A stretch of 22,072 nucleotides of DNA from Planctomycetota bacterium (GTDB taxonomy: Bacteria; Planctomycetota; Brocadiia; Brocadiales; Bathyanammoxibiaceae), in contig JAUVQR010000005.1 in NCBI GenBank assembly GCA_030598065.1, positions 1-22,072 on the forward strand, given 5' to 3'. The notes beneath the pieces are model-generated. The model made no database searches. It saw nothing but the letters and a program-made list of their open reading frames with translations, and was not told the origin of the DNA. The stretch's first letter is position 1. The number at the start of each line of letters is the position of its first letter. Position numbers and translations under genes: made by a program. Of this stretch, positions 1-8,879 are shown piece after piece.

Positions 1-270
1 CACCGGCGAAGGGGTATGTACCATCCCTGCAAAACGAAGATTTGAGGAGTTAAACGAAAACTCTCGGCTTTAGGACGTCCTCAAGGCTATTCGTTACAGT
101 GCCTTATAAATAACACAAACGGGGCTTTAAGTCAACTTGGGCATGCTCCACAAAGGCTTGAATATGCCGTTAATACCGTATATTATACGCGAAAACCCGA
201 AAGCACATAGGTGAGGGTCAAATAATGAAACAGTCTACCAGGGACAATTGAGCATCCACTCAAGACCTCT

Positions 271-900
271 TTAAGGTTCTCGCCTTGACCGTGCTTCCTT
301 ATTTATAAATGCCAGCAACTTTTCTCTAAATTTCCCAAGCGCGCGGTTGCGGTGGCTTATCTGGTTTTTAATTTCCGGGCCCAGTTCGGCGAAGGTCTTG
401 GTGTGACCTGTTGGATAAAAGACCGGGTCGTAACCGAAGCCGTGTTCGCCCCTGTGTTCTTCAGATATTACCCCCGAACACTCCCCCTCGACCACGAAGA
501 CAAGTCCCTCCGGCCTGGCCAGGGCAATGGCACAAACGAATCTTGCAGTACGCCGCTCCTTCGGTATATCTTTGAGCGCATCGAGAAGTTTCCGGTTATT
601 GTTCTCATACGAGACGTCTTCACCCGCATAGCGCGCCGACCGCACGCCGGGCTCTCCGCCGAGGGCGTCCACCTCCAGCCCCGAGTCGTCGGCCACGGTC
701 CACTCCCCGGTGAACCGCGCGCACTCAACGGCCTTCTTGACGGCGTTTTCTTTGAACGTCCGGCCGTCCTCTATGACCTCCGGCAGCGGCGCCGTCTCAT
801 CAGGGGTGATGAGTTCTACGGGACGGCCATCTAGTATTTCGCGGACCTCTCTCAGCTTATGGGAGTTTGTAGTAGCAATGAGTATTCGGCGCAACGGCAA
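271..900 (-). CDS. rdgB: Non-canonical purine NTP pyrophosphatase (RdgB/HAM1 family)
   Basis: 209-aa ORF with family signatures: ILIATTNSHKLREVREIL near the N-terminus, TFKENAVKKA, WTVADDSGLEVDALGGEPGVRSARYAG, GHGFGYDPVFYP, SHRNRALGKF. Apparent TTG start with GAGG upstream. Confidence 0.95.
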   Translation of the reverse strand: MPLRRILIATTNSHKLREVREILDGRPVELITPDETAPLPEVIEDGRTFKENAVKKAVECARFTGEWTVADDSGLEVDALGGEPGVRSARYAGEDVSYENNNRKLLDALKDIPKERRTARFVCAIALARPEGLVFVVEGECSGVISEEHRGEHGFGYDPVFYPTGHTKTFAELGPEIKNQISHRNRALGKFREKLLAFINKEARSRREP

Positions 901-1040
901 AAAACCTCAGAATCCCACAGAACGGGATGGACAACGAAGCCATGTATCAGGTGGAACGTCGTGCAGCGTTAAAACCCTGCTGCATCCTGTTTTCTTATGA
1001 TAATACTAATAGGGCCGGGGCTCCATCCCCGGTCAAACAT

Positions 1041-1778
1041 CTAACGAGCAGAAACAATCTCTATGCCGCCCAGCGCTTCTTTCTGCAGCCCGGTCAGTTC
1101 TTCAATACCCTTCCTGGACAACGCGAGCATCTCCGCAAGCTGGCCGTCGCTAAACGTGTACCCTTCTCCGGTGCCCTGTATCTCTATGAACCGTCCGCTG
1201 CCGGTCATGACCACGTTCATGTCCACCTGGGCCCCGGCGTCTTCAACATAGTTCAGGTCCAGTAACGCCTCATCCTTTACAATACCCACGCTGACGGCGG
1301 CTATGGTCTCCTTTAGCGGTATTGCGGCAAGCTTTTCCTTCTCTTTTATCTTGTTGAGCGCGTCAACCAGGGCCACGAACGCGCCCGTTATCGCGGCGGT
1401 ACGAGTCCCCCCGTCGGCCTGAATGACGTCACAATCCACCCATATCGTCCTGTCGCCAAGCTTTGTCATGTCAACCACCGACCTCATGCACCTGCCTATA
1501 AGGCGCTGTATCTCATGCGTGCGCCCGCCAACCCGGCCACGGCTCGACTCCCTGGACGTACGGCCGGCCGTGGAACCCGGAAGCAGTGAATATTCCGACG
1601 TTACCCAGCCCCGGCCGGAACCTAAGAGGTGGCGCGGCACTCCGTCCTCCACACTGACGGTGCAGAGGACCTTCGTGTCTCCAGTCTCTATCAGCACGGA
1701 ACCCGCCGCAAATTTGGTGTAGCTCCTTGTTATCACTACGGGCCTGAGTTCATCGGGCTCTCTGCCGTCTACTCTCAT
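1041..1778 (-). CDS. rph: Ribonuclease PH
   Basis: 245-aa ORF with [47 protein letters not shown] and [18 protein letters not shown], typical of RNase PH. Confidence 0.96.
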   Translation of the reverse strand: MRVDGREPDELRPVVITRSYTKFAAGSVLIETGDTKVLCTVSVEDGVPRHLLGSGRGWVTSEYSLLPGSTAGRTSRESSRGRVGGRTHEIQRLIGRCMRSVVDMTKLGDRTIWVDCDVIQADGGTRTAAITGAFVALVDALNKIKEKEKLAAIPLKETIAAVSVGIVKDEALLDLNYVEDAGAQVDMNVVMTGSGRFIEIQGTGEGYTFSDGQLAEMLALSRKGIEELTGLQKEALGGIEIVSAR

Positions 1779-1801
1779 CCTGTTGACTGCCTCCTCCGTC
1801 T

Positions 1802-2734
1802 TTAACCCGTTAAAAGTATTTTCAGTATCGCCTTTTGCACGTGCAGACGGTTTTCCGCCTGATCATACACGATGGAATTGGGGCCGTCCAGCACATCACC
1901 GGATATCTCTTCACCCCGGTGGGCGGGTAAGCAGTGCATAACCAGGACGTCCTTTTTTGCGCCGGCCACCAGGGCCGCGTCCACACAGTAGCCCCGAAAG
2001 TCTCTTCGCTTCTTTTCCGCCTCGGCCTCCTGGCCCATACTTATCCAGGTGTCGGTGTAAACCACGTCGGCTCCGGCCACCGCTTCACTTGGGTCTGTGG
2101 TTGCGCTTAGAGGGCTATGCGTCACCGACGCACTTATCTTGTCAAGAAACTCGTTGTCCAGCCCGTACCCACGCGGAGACGCGATACAGAAACCAACACC
2201 CAGCTTTGCGCAGAGCATCGCCAGCGAGCGGGCCATGTTGTTGCCATCACCGATGAATGACACCTTCACCCCCTCCAGCGTACCGCGCTTCTCTCTAACG
2301 GTGTAGAGGTCCGTCAACGCCTGGCAGGGGTGAGTGTAGTCGGAGAGGGCGTTGATGACCGGCACGGTAGAGTCCTTCGCCATCTCAAGCACCGTCTCAT
2401 GTCTGAACGTCCTGAGTGCGATAACGTCTACGTACCTTGAAAGGGTCTTGGCCACGTCCCTGACCGACTCCCTGTGGCCCAGGTCTATGTCCTGGCGGCT
2501 CAAATAAATGGTGCCGCCTCCCAGCTGCCTCATGGCCACGTCAAAAGAGACACGGGTCCTGAGCGAACTCTTTTCAAAGACCAGCGCCAGGGTCTTCCCC
2601 GCAAGGGGTTTTTCCGTGCCGGCCCCGCTGCCCCCCCCGCCCCGTGAAGACTTAAGCTCCGCTGTCTGGCGGAAAATATCCTCTATGTCACCAACGCTCA
2701 GGTCGGCGACGGTGATGAGATGTTTGGGCCACAT
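1802..2734 (-). CDS. argF: Ornithine carbamoyltransferase
   Basis: 310-aa ORF with [16 protein letters not shown] (carbamoyl phosphate site), [23 protein letters not shown] and [13 protein letters not shown]. Confidence 0.96.
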   Translation of the reverse strand: MWPKHLITVADLSVGDIEDIFRQTAELKSSRGGGGSGAGTEKPLAGKTLALVFEKSSLRTRVSFDVAMRQLGGGTIYLSRQDIDLGHRESVRDVAKTLSRYVDVIALRTFRHETVLEMAKDSTVPVINALSDYTHPCQALTDLYTVREKRGTLEGVKVSFIGDGNNMARSLAMLCAKLGVGFCIASPRGYGLDNEFLDKISASVTHSPLSATTDPSEAVAGADVVYTDTWISMGQEAEAEKKRRDFRGYCVDAALVAGAKKDVLVMHCLPAHRGEEISGDVLDGPNSIVYDQAENRLHVQKAILKILLTG

Positions 2735-2749
2735 ATCAGTCCGCCCCGT

Positions 2750-3949
2750 TTATTCCTGCTGATATTCTTTGAGCACGCCTTCCAGAATCGCAATCCCCTC
2801 GTCTATATGCTTTTTCCTGACGTTGAGGGGCGGCATAAACCGGAGGACCTTCTCCTGCGTGCAGTTGAGAAGAAGACCCTTCTCCATACATCTCTTTACC
2901 ACGGTCATCCCCTCCTTCTTGAGCTCAACACCTATCATAAGGCCGACGCCCCTCACTTCCTTTACAAGGTCTCCAAATCTCTCGGCAAGGGAGTTAAGCC
3001 TCTCCATAGAATACGCGCCCATCTCGGAGCAATTCTCCAACAGCCCCTCTATCCGAATCGTGTCGAAGACGGCCACACCGGCCGCGCAGGCCAGCGGGTT
3101 TCCGCCAAAAGTGGTGGCGTGGCTGCCGGGCACAAGGCTCTTGGCAAGCTCGGCCCTTGCCGTCATCGCGCCGATTGCCGTGCCGTTGCCGAGCGACTTG
3201 GCAAGCGTCATAATATCCGGAGTTATTCCGTAGTGCTGGTACGCGAAATACTTCCCCGTGCGCCCCATGCCGCACTGGACCTCATCCAGTATCAGCAGCA
3301 GCCTGTGCTCATCACAGAGACGCCTCAGGCCCTTGAGATACTCCTGGGATGCGATATTTATCCCTCCCTCGCCCTGTATCGGCTCCAGCATCACCGCGCA
3401 TGTCTTGTCGTCAACGGCCTCTTTGACCGCATCAAGGTCATCAAACGGCACAAAGGTAAAACCCTCGAGCATGGGCGAGAAACCTTTGTGATACTTCGGT
3501 TGTGCGGTCGCGGCGAGCGCGGCCATGGTGCGTCCGTGAAAGGAGTTATGCATGGTAATTATCTTGTACCTCTCCTGAGGGCTGTAGTGTATCCTGGCCA
3601 GCTTGATTGCCGCCTCGTTGGCCTCGGCGCCGCTGTTACAGAAGAAACACATGCCGCCGAAGGAGCTGTCTGATATCAGCTTTGCCAGGGCCCCCTGGGG
3701 CTCTGTGTAGAAAATGTTCGGGGCATGGACGAGCGTCTTGGCCTGCCTGCTGATGGCGCTTGTCACCCTGGGATGACAGTGACCCAGATTGCTCACCGCC
3801 CAGCCGGAAAAGAGGTCCAAGTACCTCTTGCCCTCGCTATCCCACAGGTACATACCCTTACCCCTGGTAAGGACCACCGCGTTTCTGATATAATTGGGTA
3901 CGACGTATTTTTTAAAACTCTCTATCGTGCTGTTAGTATCCGTTTTCAC
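2750..3949 (-). CDS. argD: Acetylornithine aminotransferase (class III PLP-dependent)
   Basis: 399-aa ORF with LFSGWAVSNLGHCHPRV, CNSGAEANEAAIKLAR, NSFHGRTMAALAAT, LILDEVQCGMGRTGK, TLAKSLGNG and HATTFGGNPLACAAG; adjacent to argF. GTG start. Confidence 0.95.
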   Translation of the reverse strand: MKTDTNSTIESFKKYVVPNYIRNAVVLTRGKGMYLWDSEGKRYLDLFSGWAVSNLGHCHPRVTSAISRQAKTLVHAPNIFYTEPQGALAKLISDSSFGGMCFFCNSGAEANEAAIKLARIHYSPQERYKIITMHNSFHGRTMAALAATAQPKYHKGFSPMLEGFTFVPFDDLDAVKEAVDDKTCAVMLEPIQGEGGINIASQEYLKGLRRLCDEHRLLLILDEVQCGMGRTGKYFAYQHYGITPDIMTLAKSLGNGTAIGAMTARAELAKSLVPGSHATTFGGNPLACAAGVAVFDTIRIEGLLENCSEMGAYSMERLNSLAERFGDLVKEVRGVGLMIGVELKKEGMTVVKRCMEKGLLLNCTQEKVLRFMPPLNVRKKHIDEGIAILEGVLKEYQQE

Positions 3950-4119
3950 CGGTCTTACCTACCATAAGTTAAGGGGGAGATAGTCGGCGTATTATTGCAC
4001 AGCAAAAAAGCACAATCAAGTTGAATTCTAGCCCGCTGCATTCGCCGGGCGTGTAACAGGATAGTAGTTGCCTTTTAAGACGGAAGATGTTATTTTTTCT
4101 CGTAAAGAACAAACAAGAG

Positions 4120-4593
4120 ATGATTCTCAAGACGAATAAAATTATGTTAATCCAGTTGGCCCTTATCGCGCTCTTTCTTGCCGGGTGCTCCGGTATGTCA
4201 ACGGACTGGGGCGTGGGCTTTATGCAAGGCGTAAGGAGCATCCCTCAACACGACTTCACCCCCGAGCAAAAGGAAAAGGCGATTGCGGCGAAGGAGCGTT
4301 TCAGAAAACCGTTCATTGCCGAGTTGAAGAACAAACTTGAGGAGAACGACCTTGGAAACCTGAAGGGTTGGCTGGTCTTCTTCGACTTCTTTTCAGACGG
4401 CACCATCAAGACCGCCAACGTGTGGGTTTACACCTACTGGGGAGCGGAGCAGCGGTATAACGTGTTCAGCGTGCCTCTGGAGTCCTTCCTGGACAGCAGC
4501 CAACAGCAAGACATCATAGACGAATCCACACAAGAAGTAACCAGCCTGCTGCAGAGGAAGGCCACCTTCCGATACCAGCAGACAGTTGATTAG
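4120..4593 (+). CDS. Putative lipoprotein of unknown function
   Basis: ORF 4087..4593 with more likely ATG at 4120 (MILKTNKIMLIQLALIALFLAGC): signal peptide with lipobox LAGC, then a soluble domain. No family recognised. Confidence 0.7.
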   Translation: MILKTNKIMLIQLALIALFLAGCSGMSTDWGVGFMQGVRSIPQHDFTPEQKEKAIAAKERFRKPFIAELKNKLEENDLGNLKGWLVFFDFFSDGTIKTANVWVYTYWGAEQRYNVFSVPLESFLDSSQQQDIIDESTQEVTSLLQRKATFRYQQTVD

Positions 4594-4605
4594 CCCGGTC
4601 ATCCG

Positions 4606-5562
4606 CTAGAAGGAAGTGTACATGACACTGCTGAAGGCGCCGTGGGGTATTATGGCCCTGAAGCCGTTGACCGTCTCAGTCAGATTGGCCATCATATTCT
4701 GCAGGTCTTCATAGAGGTCTTCATTCCTCATCAGCTTACCCAGCGTTCCCTCTCCCCTGACCAGCTTGCCAAGTATGATGTTGGCGTTTTCCACGGAAGC
4801 CGTCAGCTGGTCGAACAGCACATCATCCATGAAAAGCTTTCCCATGGTACCCTCACCCTTTGATATCTTGGCCAGCAGAAAGTTCGCGTTGTTTACCGTC
4901 TCCTTGAAATCTTCAAATAATTCGTCATCATCCAGGAGCTTGCCCATGGTGCCCTCGCCCCGCGCCATCTTGCCCATAATGACGTTGGCATTGGTAACCG
5001 CACCCTTCAATTCGTCAAATATCTCCTCATCGGTAAACAGCTTACCCATCGCGCCCTCTCCGTTCTCCAGTCTTGCCATAATAGTTTTGGCGCTCTCAAG
5101 GGTATCGGAAAGGAGTTCAATGCTGCTCATGGCCTGGTCCAGCCTTACCAGCATGTCGCTGAAGCCGGGGATATCCCTGCTCTTTATTACGCTGCCCGGA
5201 GGCAGTAACGGCCTATCCGGCGGTACCAGGGTTATGTCCACATAGCTCTTGCCGAAGAGAAAATCGGGCACTATCGCCGCAAGACTGCCCTCACGTATCG
5301 GAATATTCTTTTCGATGCCCATCTTCACCAGTATCTTGCCGTCCTCAACGGTTACTTCCCTAACCTCACCAACATACATCCCGGAAAGAGAGACCTTTGA
5401 ACCACTCTTGAGTCCCTTGGAGCCCTGGAAAAAGGCCTTGTACTCGTTGTGCCTCTTGAAGAAACGGCCTATCTGCTCCACCCTGAAGGTTATCAGCCCC
5501 AGGATTATCATTCCTATGATAAAAAATATACCGACCTTCTTTGCCTGTGCCGGCGAAGCCAT
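4606..5562 (-). CDS. mlaD: MlaD/MCE-domain substrate-binding protein of a lipid ABC transporter, with tandem C-terminal repeats
   Basis: N-terminal TM (VGIFFIIGMIILGLITF), MCE-like GLKSGSKVSLSGMYVGEVREVTVEDGKILVKMGI and SLAAIVPDFLFGKSYVDI, and position in an mlaE-mlaF-mlaD block. Confidence 0.88.
   Translation of the reverse strand: MASPAQAKKVGIFFIIGMIILGLITFRVEQIGRFFKRHNEYKAFFQGSKGLKSGSKVSLSGMYVGEVREVTVEDGKILVKMGIEKNIPIREGSLAAIVPDFLFGKSYVDITLVPPDRPLLPPGSVIKSRDIPGFSDMLVRLDQAMSSIELLSDTLESAKTIMARLENGEGAMGKLFTDEEIFDELKGAVTNANVIMGKMARGEGTMGKLLDDDELFEDFKETVNNANFLLAKISKGEGTMGKLFMDDVLFDQLTASVENANIILGKLVRGEGTLGKLMRNEDLYEDLQNMMANLTETVNGFRAIIPHGAFSSVMYTSF
4681..5061 (-). repeat. Four tandem copies (last partial) of a 34-aa / 102-bp coding repeat inside the MlaD-like protein
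   Basis: GEGAMGKLFTDEEIFDELKGAVTNANVIMGKMAR / GEGTMGKLLDDDELFEDFKETVNNANFLLAKISK / GEGTMGKLFMDDVLFDQLTASVENANIILGKLVR / GEGTLGKLMRNEDLYEDLQNM. Confidence 0.9.
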
Positions 5563-5584
5563 AACGACACTCTCCCCTTAAAAT

Positions 5585-6397
5585 TTAGAGACTGAGACTT
5601 TTGTCAAAGAATTTTCCCTCTTCCTGCCTCTTAAACCTGCTTATAAACTGCTCTACCACAGGGTTCGTACTCCGCCAGAATTCTTCAGGCGTACCCTGTT
5701 CCACAATCTTACCTTCGTATATCATAGCAATATAGTCCACCGTTTTAAAAGCAGAATCCATATCATGGGTTACAACCACCATCGTCTTCTTTAACTTGTT
5801 TTTAAGGTCTATCATCAGGGCGTCGATACGCTCGGCCATTACGGGGTCAAGACCCGTGGTAGGCTCGTCGAAGAGGATTATATCCGGGTCCATAGCCAGC
5901 GCCCTGGCAATTCCCACCCTCTTCTTCATTCCACCGCTCAATTCGCCCGGTAACAGGGACTCCTTCCCGCGCAACCCCACAAGCGCGAGCTTCTCGCCCA
6001 CAATCTCGTCTATCTGTTTCCTGCTGAGCCGGCGCTGCTCGGTAAGGCCCAGTCCCACATTCTGCCCGACCGTAAGAGAGTTAAGTAGCGCCGAACCCTG
6101 AAAGACCATCGCAAACCGCCGCCGCAGGGCCTCCAGGTCCCTGCCCGTCTTTCCGGTCAGCTCCCGGCCGAGTATAAATATCTGGCCTGAAGTGGGCCTG
6201 GCCAGGCCAATCATGTGCTTGAGCAGCACGCTCTTACCCGCCCCGCTACTGCCTACTATGGCGGTGGCCGTTCCGGTGTGGACCTTCAGGTCGAGGCCCC
6301 TGAGCACGTGATTGCCCCTGAACCATTTGTGCAACTGCCGCACCTCAATGGCCGTATCCGTTGCAGTCCCTTTTGTGTCTAAGCCTACTACAGCCAT
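5585..6397 (-). CDS. mlaF: MlaF-type ABC transporter ATP-binding protein
   Basis: 270-aa ORF: Walker A VGSSGAGKSVLLKHMIG, signature LLPGELSGGMKKRVGIARALA, Walker B DPDIILFDEPTTGLDP, VVVTHDM. Confidence 0.95.
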   Translation of the reverse strand: MAVVGLDTKGTATDTAIEVRQLHKWFRGNHVLRGLDLKVHTGTATAIVGSSGAGKSVLLKHMIGLARPTSGQIFILGRELTGKTGRDLEALRRRFAMVFQGSALLNSLTVGQNVGLGLTEQRRLSRKQIDEIVGEKLALVGLRGKESLLPGELSGGMKKRVGIARALAMDPDIILFDEPTTGLDPVMAERIDALMIDLKNKLKKTMVVVTHDMDSAFKTVDYIAMIYEGKIVEQGTPEEFWRSTNPVVEQFISRFKRQEEGKFFDKSLSL

Positions 6398-7182
6398 AGT
6401 CTGGTAACGAAATAGTTAAAGATGTATACGCTTACAAACGAGAAAACCACCGAATTAGTCGTGGCGAGACCTACCTCCCCGGGACCGCCCACGGTAACAA
6501 GACCCCGGTGGCAGCTTACTATGGCAATAACGACGCCAAATACCGCGGCCTTCACCAGCCCCTTCGCCAGGTCCTCTACGGTCATCCACGCCTCTATGTT
6601 CTCAACGTAAGCCATAAACGGCACGCCAAAATTCGCCTTGGCTACCGCGGCTCCGCCTATCATGCCTACCAGATCCACGTAGATGACCAGTATCGGCAAC
6701 ATAAGCAGACATGCAAGAAACCTGGGCATCACCAGGTAGCGCACGGGATTGATGCCCAGCGTCTTCAGGGCGTCAATCTCTTCGGAGACGCTCATGGTAG
6801 CTATCTCAGCCGTAATAGCGGCGCCTATCCTGCCTATCACCAGTATGGCCGTCAGCACGGGGCCCAGCTCACGCGTCATAGACAGGGCGACTATAGCACC
6901 GATACTTTCCTCCTGACCAAACTCTTTTAGCGCAATCCCCGTCTGAAGGGCCAGCACGAAGCCGACAAACACCGCTGTCAGGGTCGCAATCGGCAGCGTA
7001 TCGGCGCCCACCTTGCCCATCTGGAAAAGCACCTTATCCACGTTCTTGAAGACGGCCCGGCACCACAGTATGGTCATCGCCAGCAACAGGCACATCTCCC
7101 CAACCCTCTGAAAGAAATTGAGGAGCCCGTTACCAAGGGCAATAAAGCATCTCCCGAATTTCGTTCTGCCCGGCCTGCTCAT
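6388..7182 (-). CDS. mlaE: MlaE-type ABC transporter permease
   Basis: Integral membrane protein with AVFVGFVLALQTGI, RELGPVLTAILVIGRIGAAITAEIATMSVSEEIDALKTLGINPVRYLVMPRFLA and VTVGGPGEVGLATTNSVV. ATG at 7182 (MSRPGRTKF...) overlaps the argB stop as ATGA; the longer ORF track start at 7305 is unlikely. Confidence 0.93.
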   Translation of the reverse strand: MSRPGRTKFGRCFIALGNGLLNFFQRVGEMCLLLAMTILWCRAVFKNVDKVLFQMGKVGADTLPIATLTAVFVGFVLALQTGIALKEFGQEESIGAIVALSMTRELGPVLTAILVIGRIGAAITAEIATMSVSEEIDALKTLGINPVRYLVMPRFLACLLMLPILVIYVDLVGMIGGAAVAKANFGVPFMAYVENIEAWMTVEDLAKGLVKAAVFGVVIAIVSCHRGLVTVGGPGEVGLATTNSVVFSFVSVYIFNYFVTRLWL

Positions 7183-8051
7183 AAGACTATCTGCGTACCG
7201 ATACCCTTGTCTGTAAATATCTCGAGTAAAAGAGAGTGAGATATCCTGCCGTCGATTATATGGGCCTTTTTCACGCCGGACTCCATGGCCCTGAGACATG
7301 CCCACGACTTGGGCAGCATACCGCCCCCTATCACCCCGCTCTCCACAAGAGACATCACCTCCGCCTTGGACAGGCTGGAAACGGTGGAATCATCATGAAC
7401 GGGGTCTGACATTATGCCGTGCGTGTTCGAGAGAAACACCAGTTTCTCCACCTTCAGGGAACCAGCTATGAATGAGGCCACACTGTCGGCGTTTACGTTC
7501 AACAAGCCGTCTCGCCCGCCAGCTATCGGCGGTATAACAGGTATCTTGCCGGCCTTGCACGCCTTATTAAAGGCCCTTTCGTCTATAGATAACAGGTCCC
7601 CCACATGACCCAGGTCTATCTTCTTGCCGCCCTCATCGGTAATCATGTGCTTCTGCGCCTTTAGAGGAGGATGCCCGTCTCTCCACAGATTGACGCCGTC
7701 ACAATCAAGGCCTTCCAGCTCGCTGATAATCCCTTTGTTAATGTCGTTTATAAGTATGTCCACCACTATATCAAGCGTTTCCTGGTCGGTCACGCGATGC
7801 CCATGTACAAACCTGGGCTCTTTGCCCCTCCTGGCCATCTCCTCGCTGATGTGAGGACCGCCCCCATGCACCAGTATCGGCCTCATGCCCACGGTCTTCA
7901 TGAAGACCACGTCCTCAAGGAGCCCGCGGAGCTCCCCGACCGAAGCCAGGGCGCTACCACCCAGCTTAATTACAACCAGTTTATCCCTGAATGCCCTTAT
8001 GTATGGCAGGGCCTCTATCAGTATGTCCGCCTTATGTATTGCCTCTTCCAC
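7179..8051 (-). CDS. argB: Acetylglutamate kinase
   Basis: ADILIEALPYIRAFRDKLVVIKLGGSAL, MRPILVHGGGPHISEEM, INVNADSVA-like LLNVNADSVASFIAGSLKVEKLVFLSNTHGI, GGMLPK. GTG at 8051 is preceded by AGGGGAG at good spacing; the ORF track start at 8129 would lie upstream of a strong promoter-like element. Confidence 0.93.
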   Translation of the reverse strand: MEEAIHKADILIEALPYIRAFRDKLVVIKLGGSALASVGELRGLLEDVVFMKTVGMRPILVHGGGPHISEEMARRGKEPRFVHGHRVTDQETLDIVVDILINDINKGIISELEGLDCDGVNLWRDGHPPLKAQKHMITDEGGKKIDLGHVGDLLSIDERAFNKACKAGKIPVIPPIAGGRDGLLNVNADSVASFIAGSLKVEKLVFLSNTHGIMSDPVHDDSTVSSLSKAEVMSLVESGVIGGGMLPKSWACLRAMESGVKKAHIIDGRISHSLLLEIFTDKGIGTQIVL

Positions 8052-8081
8052 AGCTCCCCTCTCTTGAATCCGGTTCACGAA

Positions 8082-8110
8082 ACTATAACACCTGCCGCCC
8101 TTTGCGTCAA
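8082..8110 (-). promoter_or_regulatory. Sigma70-like promoter candidate for the argB-mlaEFD operon
   Basis: On the minus strand: TTGACG - 17 nt - TATAGT, roughly 30 nt upstream of the inferred argB GTG. Confidence 0.6.
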
Positions 8111-8147
8111 TTGCATAACACCAGTACATTTAACGCCATACGACTTG

Positions 8148-8176
8148 TTGACTACGCCCGACGGTAGAACTATAAT
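8148..8176 (+). promoter_or_regulatory. Sigma70-like promoter candidate for the small membrane protein gene
   Basis: TTGACT - 17 nt - TATAAT, about 54 nt upstream of ATG 8230; divergent from the argB promoter candidate. Confidence 0.6.
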
Positions 8177-8229
8177 AGTTGACACGCATTATCAGTCTTA
8201 ACGATACGTACCAGGACGGGAGGTTTCCA

Positions 8230-8715
8230 ATGAAGTTCCTAAAGAGCGGATACCCGCTTGCAGTATATGTAGTCTCCGTACTTTCCCTTGTTTTAATATA
8301 CGAGACCACCGTGCAGGGGACCTATAGCCGGAACATCTTCATGTACGGGGGCGCTCCGACCATACCTGCGCCGGATGAGACATACAACCCGGACATGACC
8401 ACCTTAAAGGTGGAAGAGAAGTTCATGTACGAAATAGCATTGCCGAAAGAACAGCTGGAAAAAGGCGAGATAACGCCGGACGACCTGGAACTGATACCCG
8501 TGGAGGACAAGGACAAGATAATCTTCCACCAGATCGAGTGCCACTACTACAGGCCGGTCACCGAGAGACACACCAGGACCACCGATACCATGATATGCAA
8601 CCGCACCCGCCAGGGCACCGAGTACTGGCTGACCGACAAGACCCGGTTTGTCGAGTGGGAAGACTGGTCCGACTGGGTCACGCTGCCCAGAAAGGGCGTG
8701 GCAAAGAAGGACTAA
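8230..8715 (+). CDS. Hypothetical protein with one N-terminal transmembrane segment
   Basis: ATG at 8230 preceded by GGGAGG; MKFLKSGYPLAVYVVSVLSLVLIYETTVQG followed by a soluble region. No family recognised. Confidence 0.7.
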   Translation: MKFLKSGYPLAVYVVSVLSLVLIYETTVQGTYSRNIFMYGGAPTIPAPDETYNPDMTTLKVEEKFMYEIALPKEQLEKGEITPDDLELIPVEDKDKIIFHQIECHYYRPVTERHTRTTDTMICNRTRQGTEYWLTDKTRFVEWEDWSDWVTLPRKGVAKKD

Positions 8716-8804
8716 ATAGTCTGGTTTTGGGTGATTGCTTACTACAAGCGTTACAAAAGCCCGCATGCGTCAAATGTCATTCTGAGCGAAGCGCTGAGCA
8801 AAGC

Positions 8805-8830
8805 GTAGGGGCACAGCGGCCTGCCCCTAC
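8805..8830. terminator. Perfect hairpin between convergent genes, possible bidirectional terminator or short interspersed repeat
   Basis: GTAGGGGCA (8805-8813) - 8-nt loop - TGCCCCTAC (8822-8830). Confidence 0.45.
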
Positions 8831-8841
8831 AATAAGATTAC

Positions 8842-8859
8842 GGTGCGTCAAGACGCACC
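8842..8859. terminator. Second perfect hairpin just downstream of the MATE gene stop
   Basis: GGTGCGTC - AA - GACGCACC, an 18-nt palindrome with short centre. Confidence 0.4.
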
Positions 8860-8879
8860 CTACACACAGCAGTCCTTCA

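Noticed and set aside
1-270. Possible RNA gene or coding remnant at the left edge
   Set aside because: No convincing tRNA fold, Rfam-like motif or coding ORF could be supported by reading; left unannotated.
1015-1032. Hairpin CCGGGG-CTCCAT-CCCCGG downstream of rph as a rho-independent terminator
   Set aside because: Short stem and no clear U-tract on the minus strand; rdgB follows closely so termination is unsupported.
2720-3673. 317-aa plus-strand ORF antisense to argD
   Set aside because: No recognisable domain and fully overlaps the strongly supported argD; shadow ORF.
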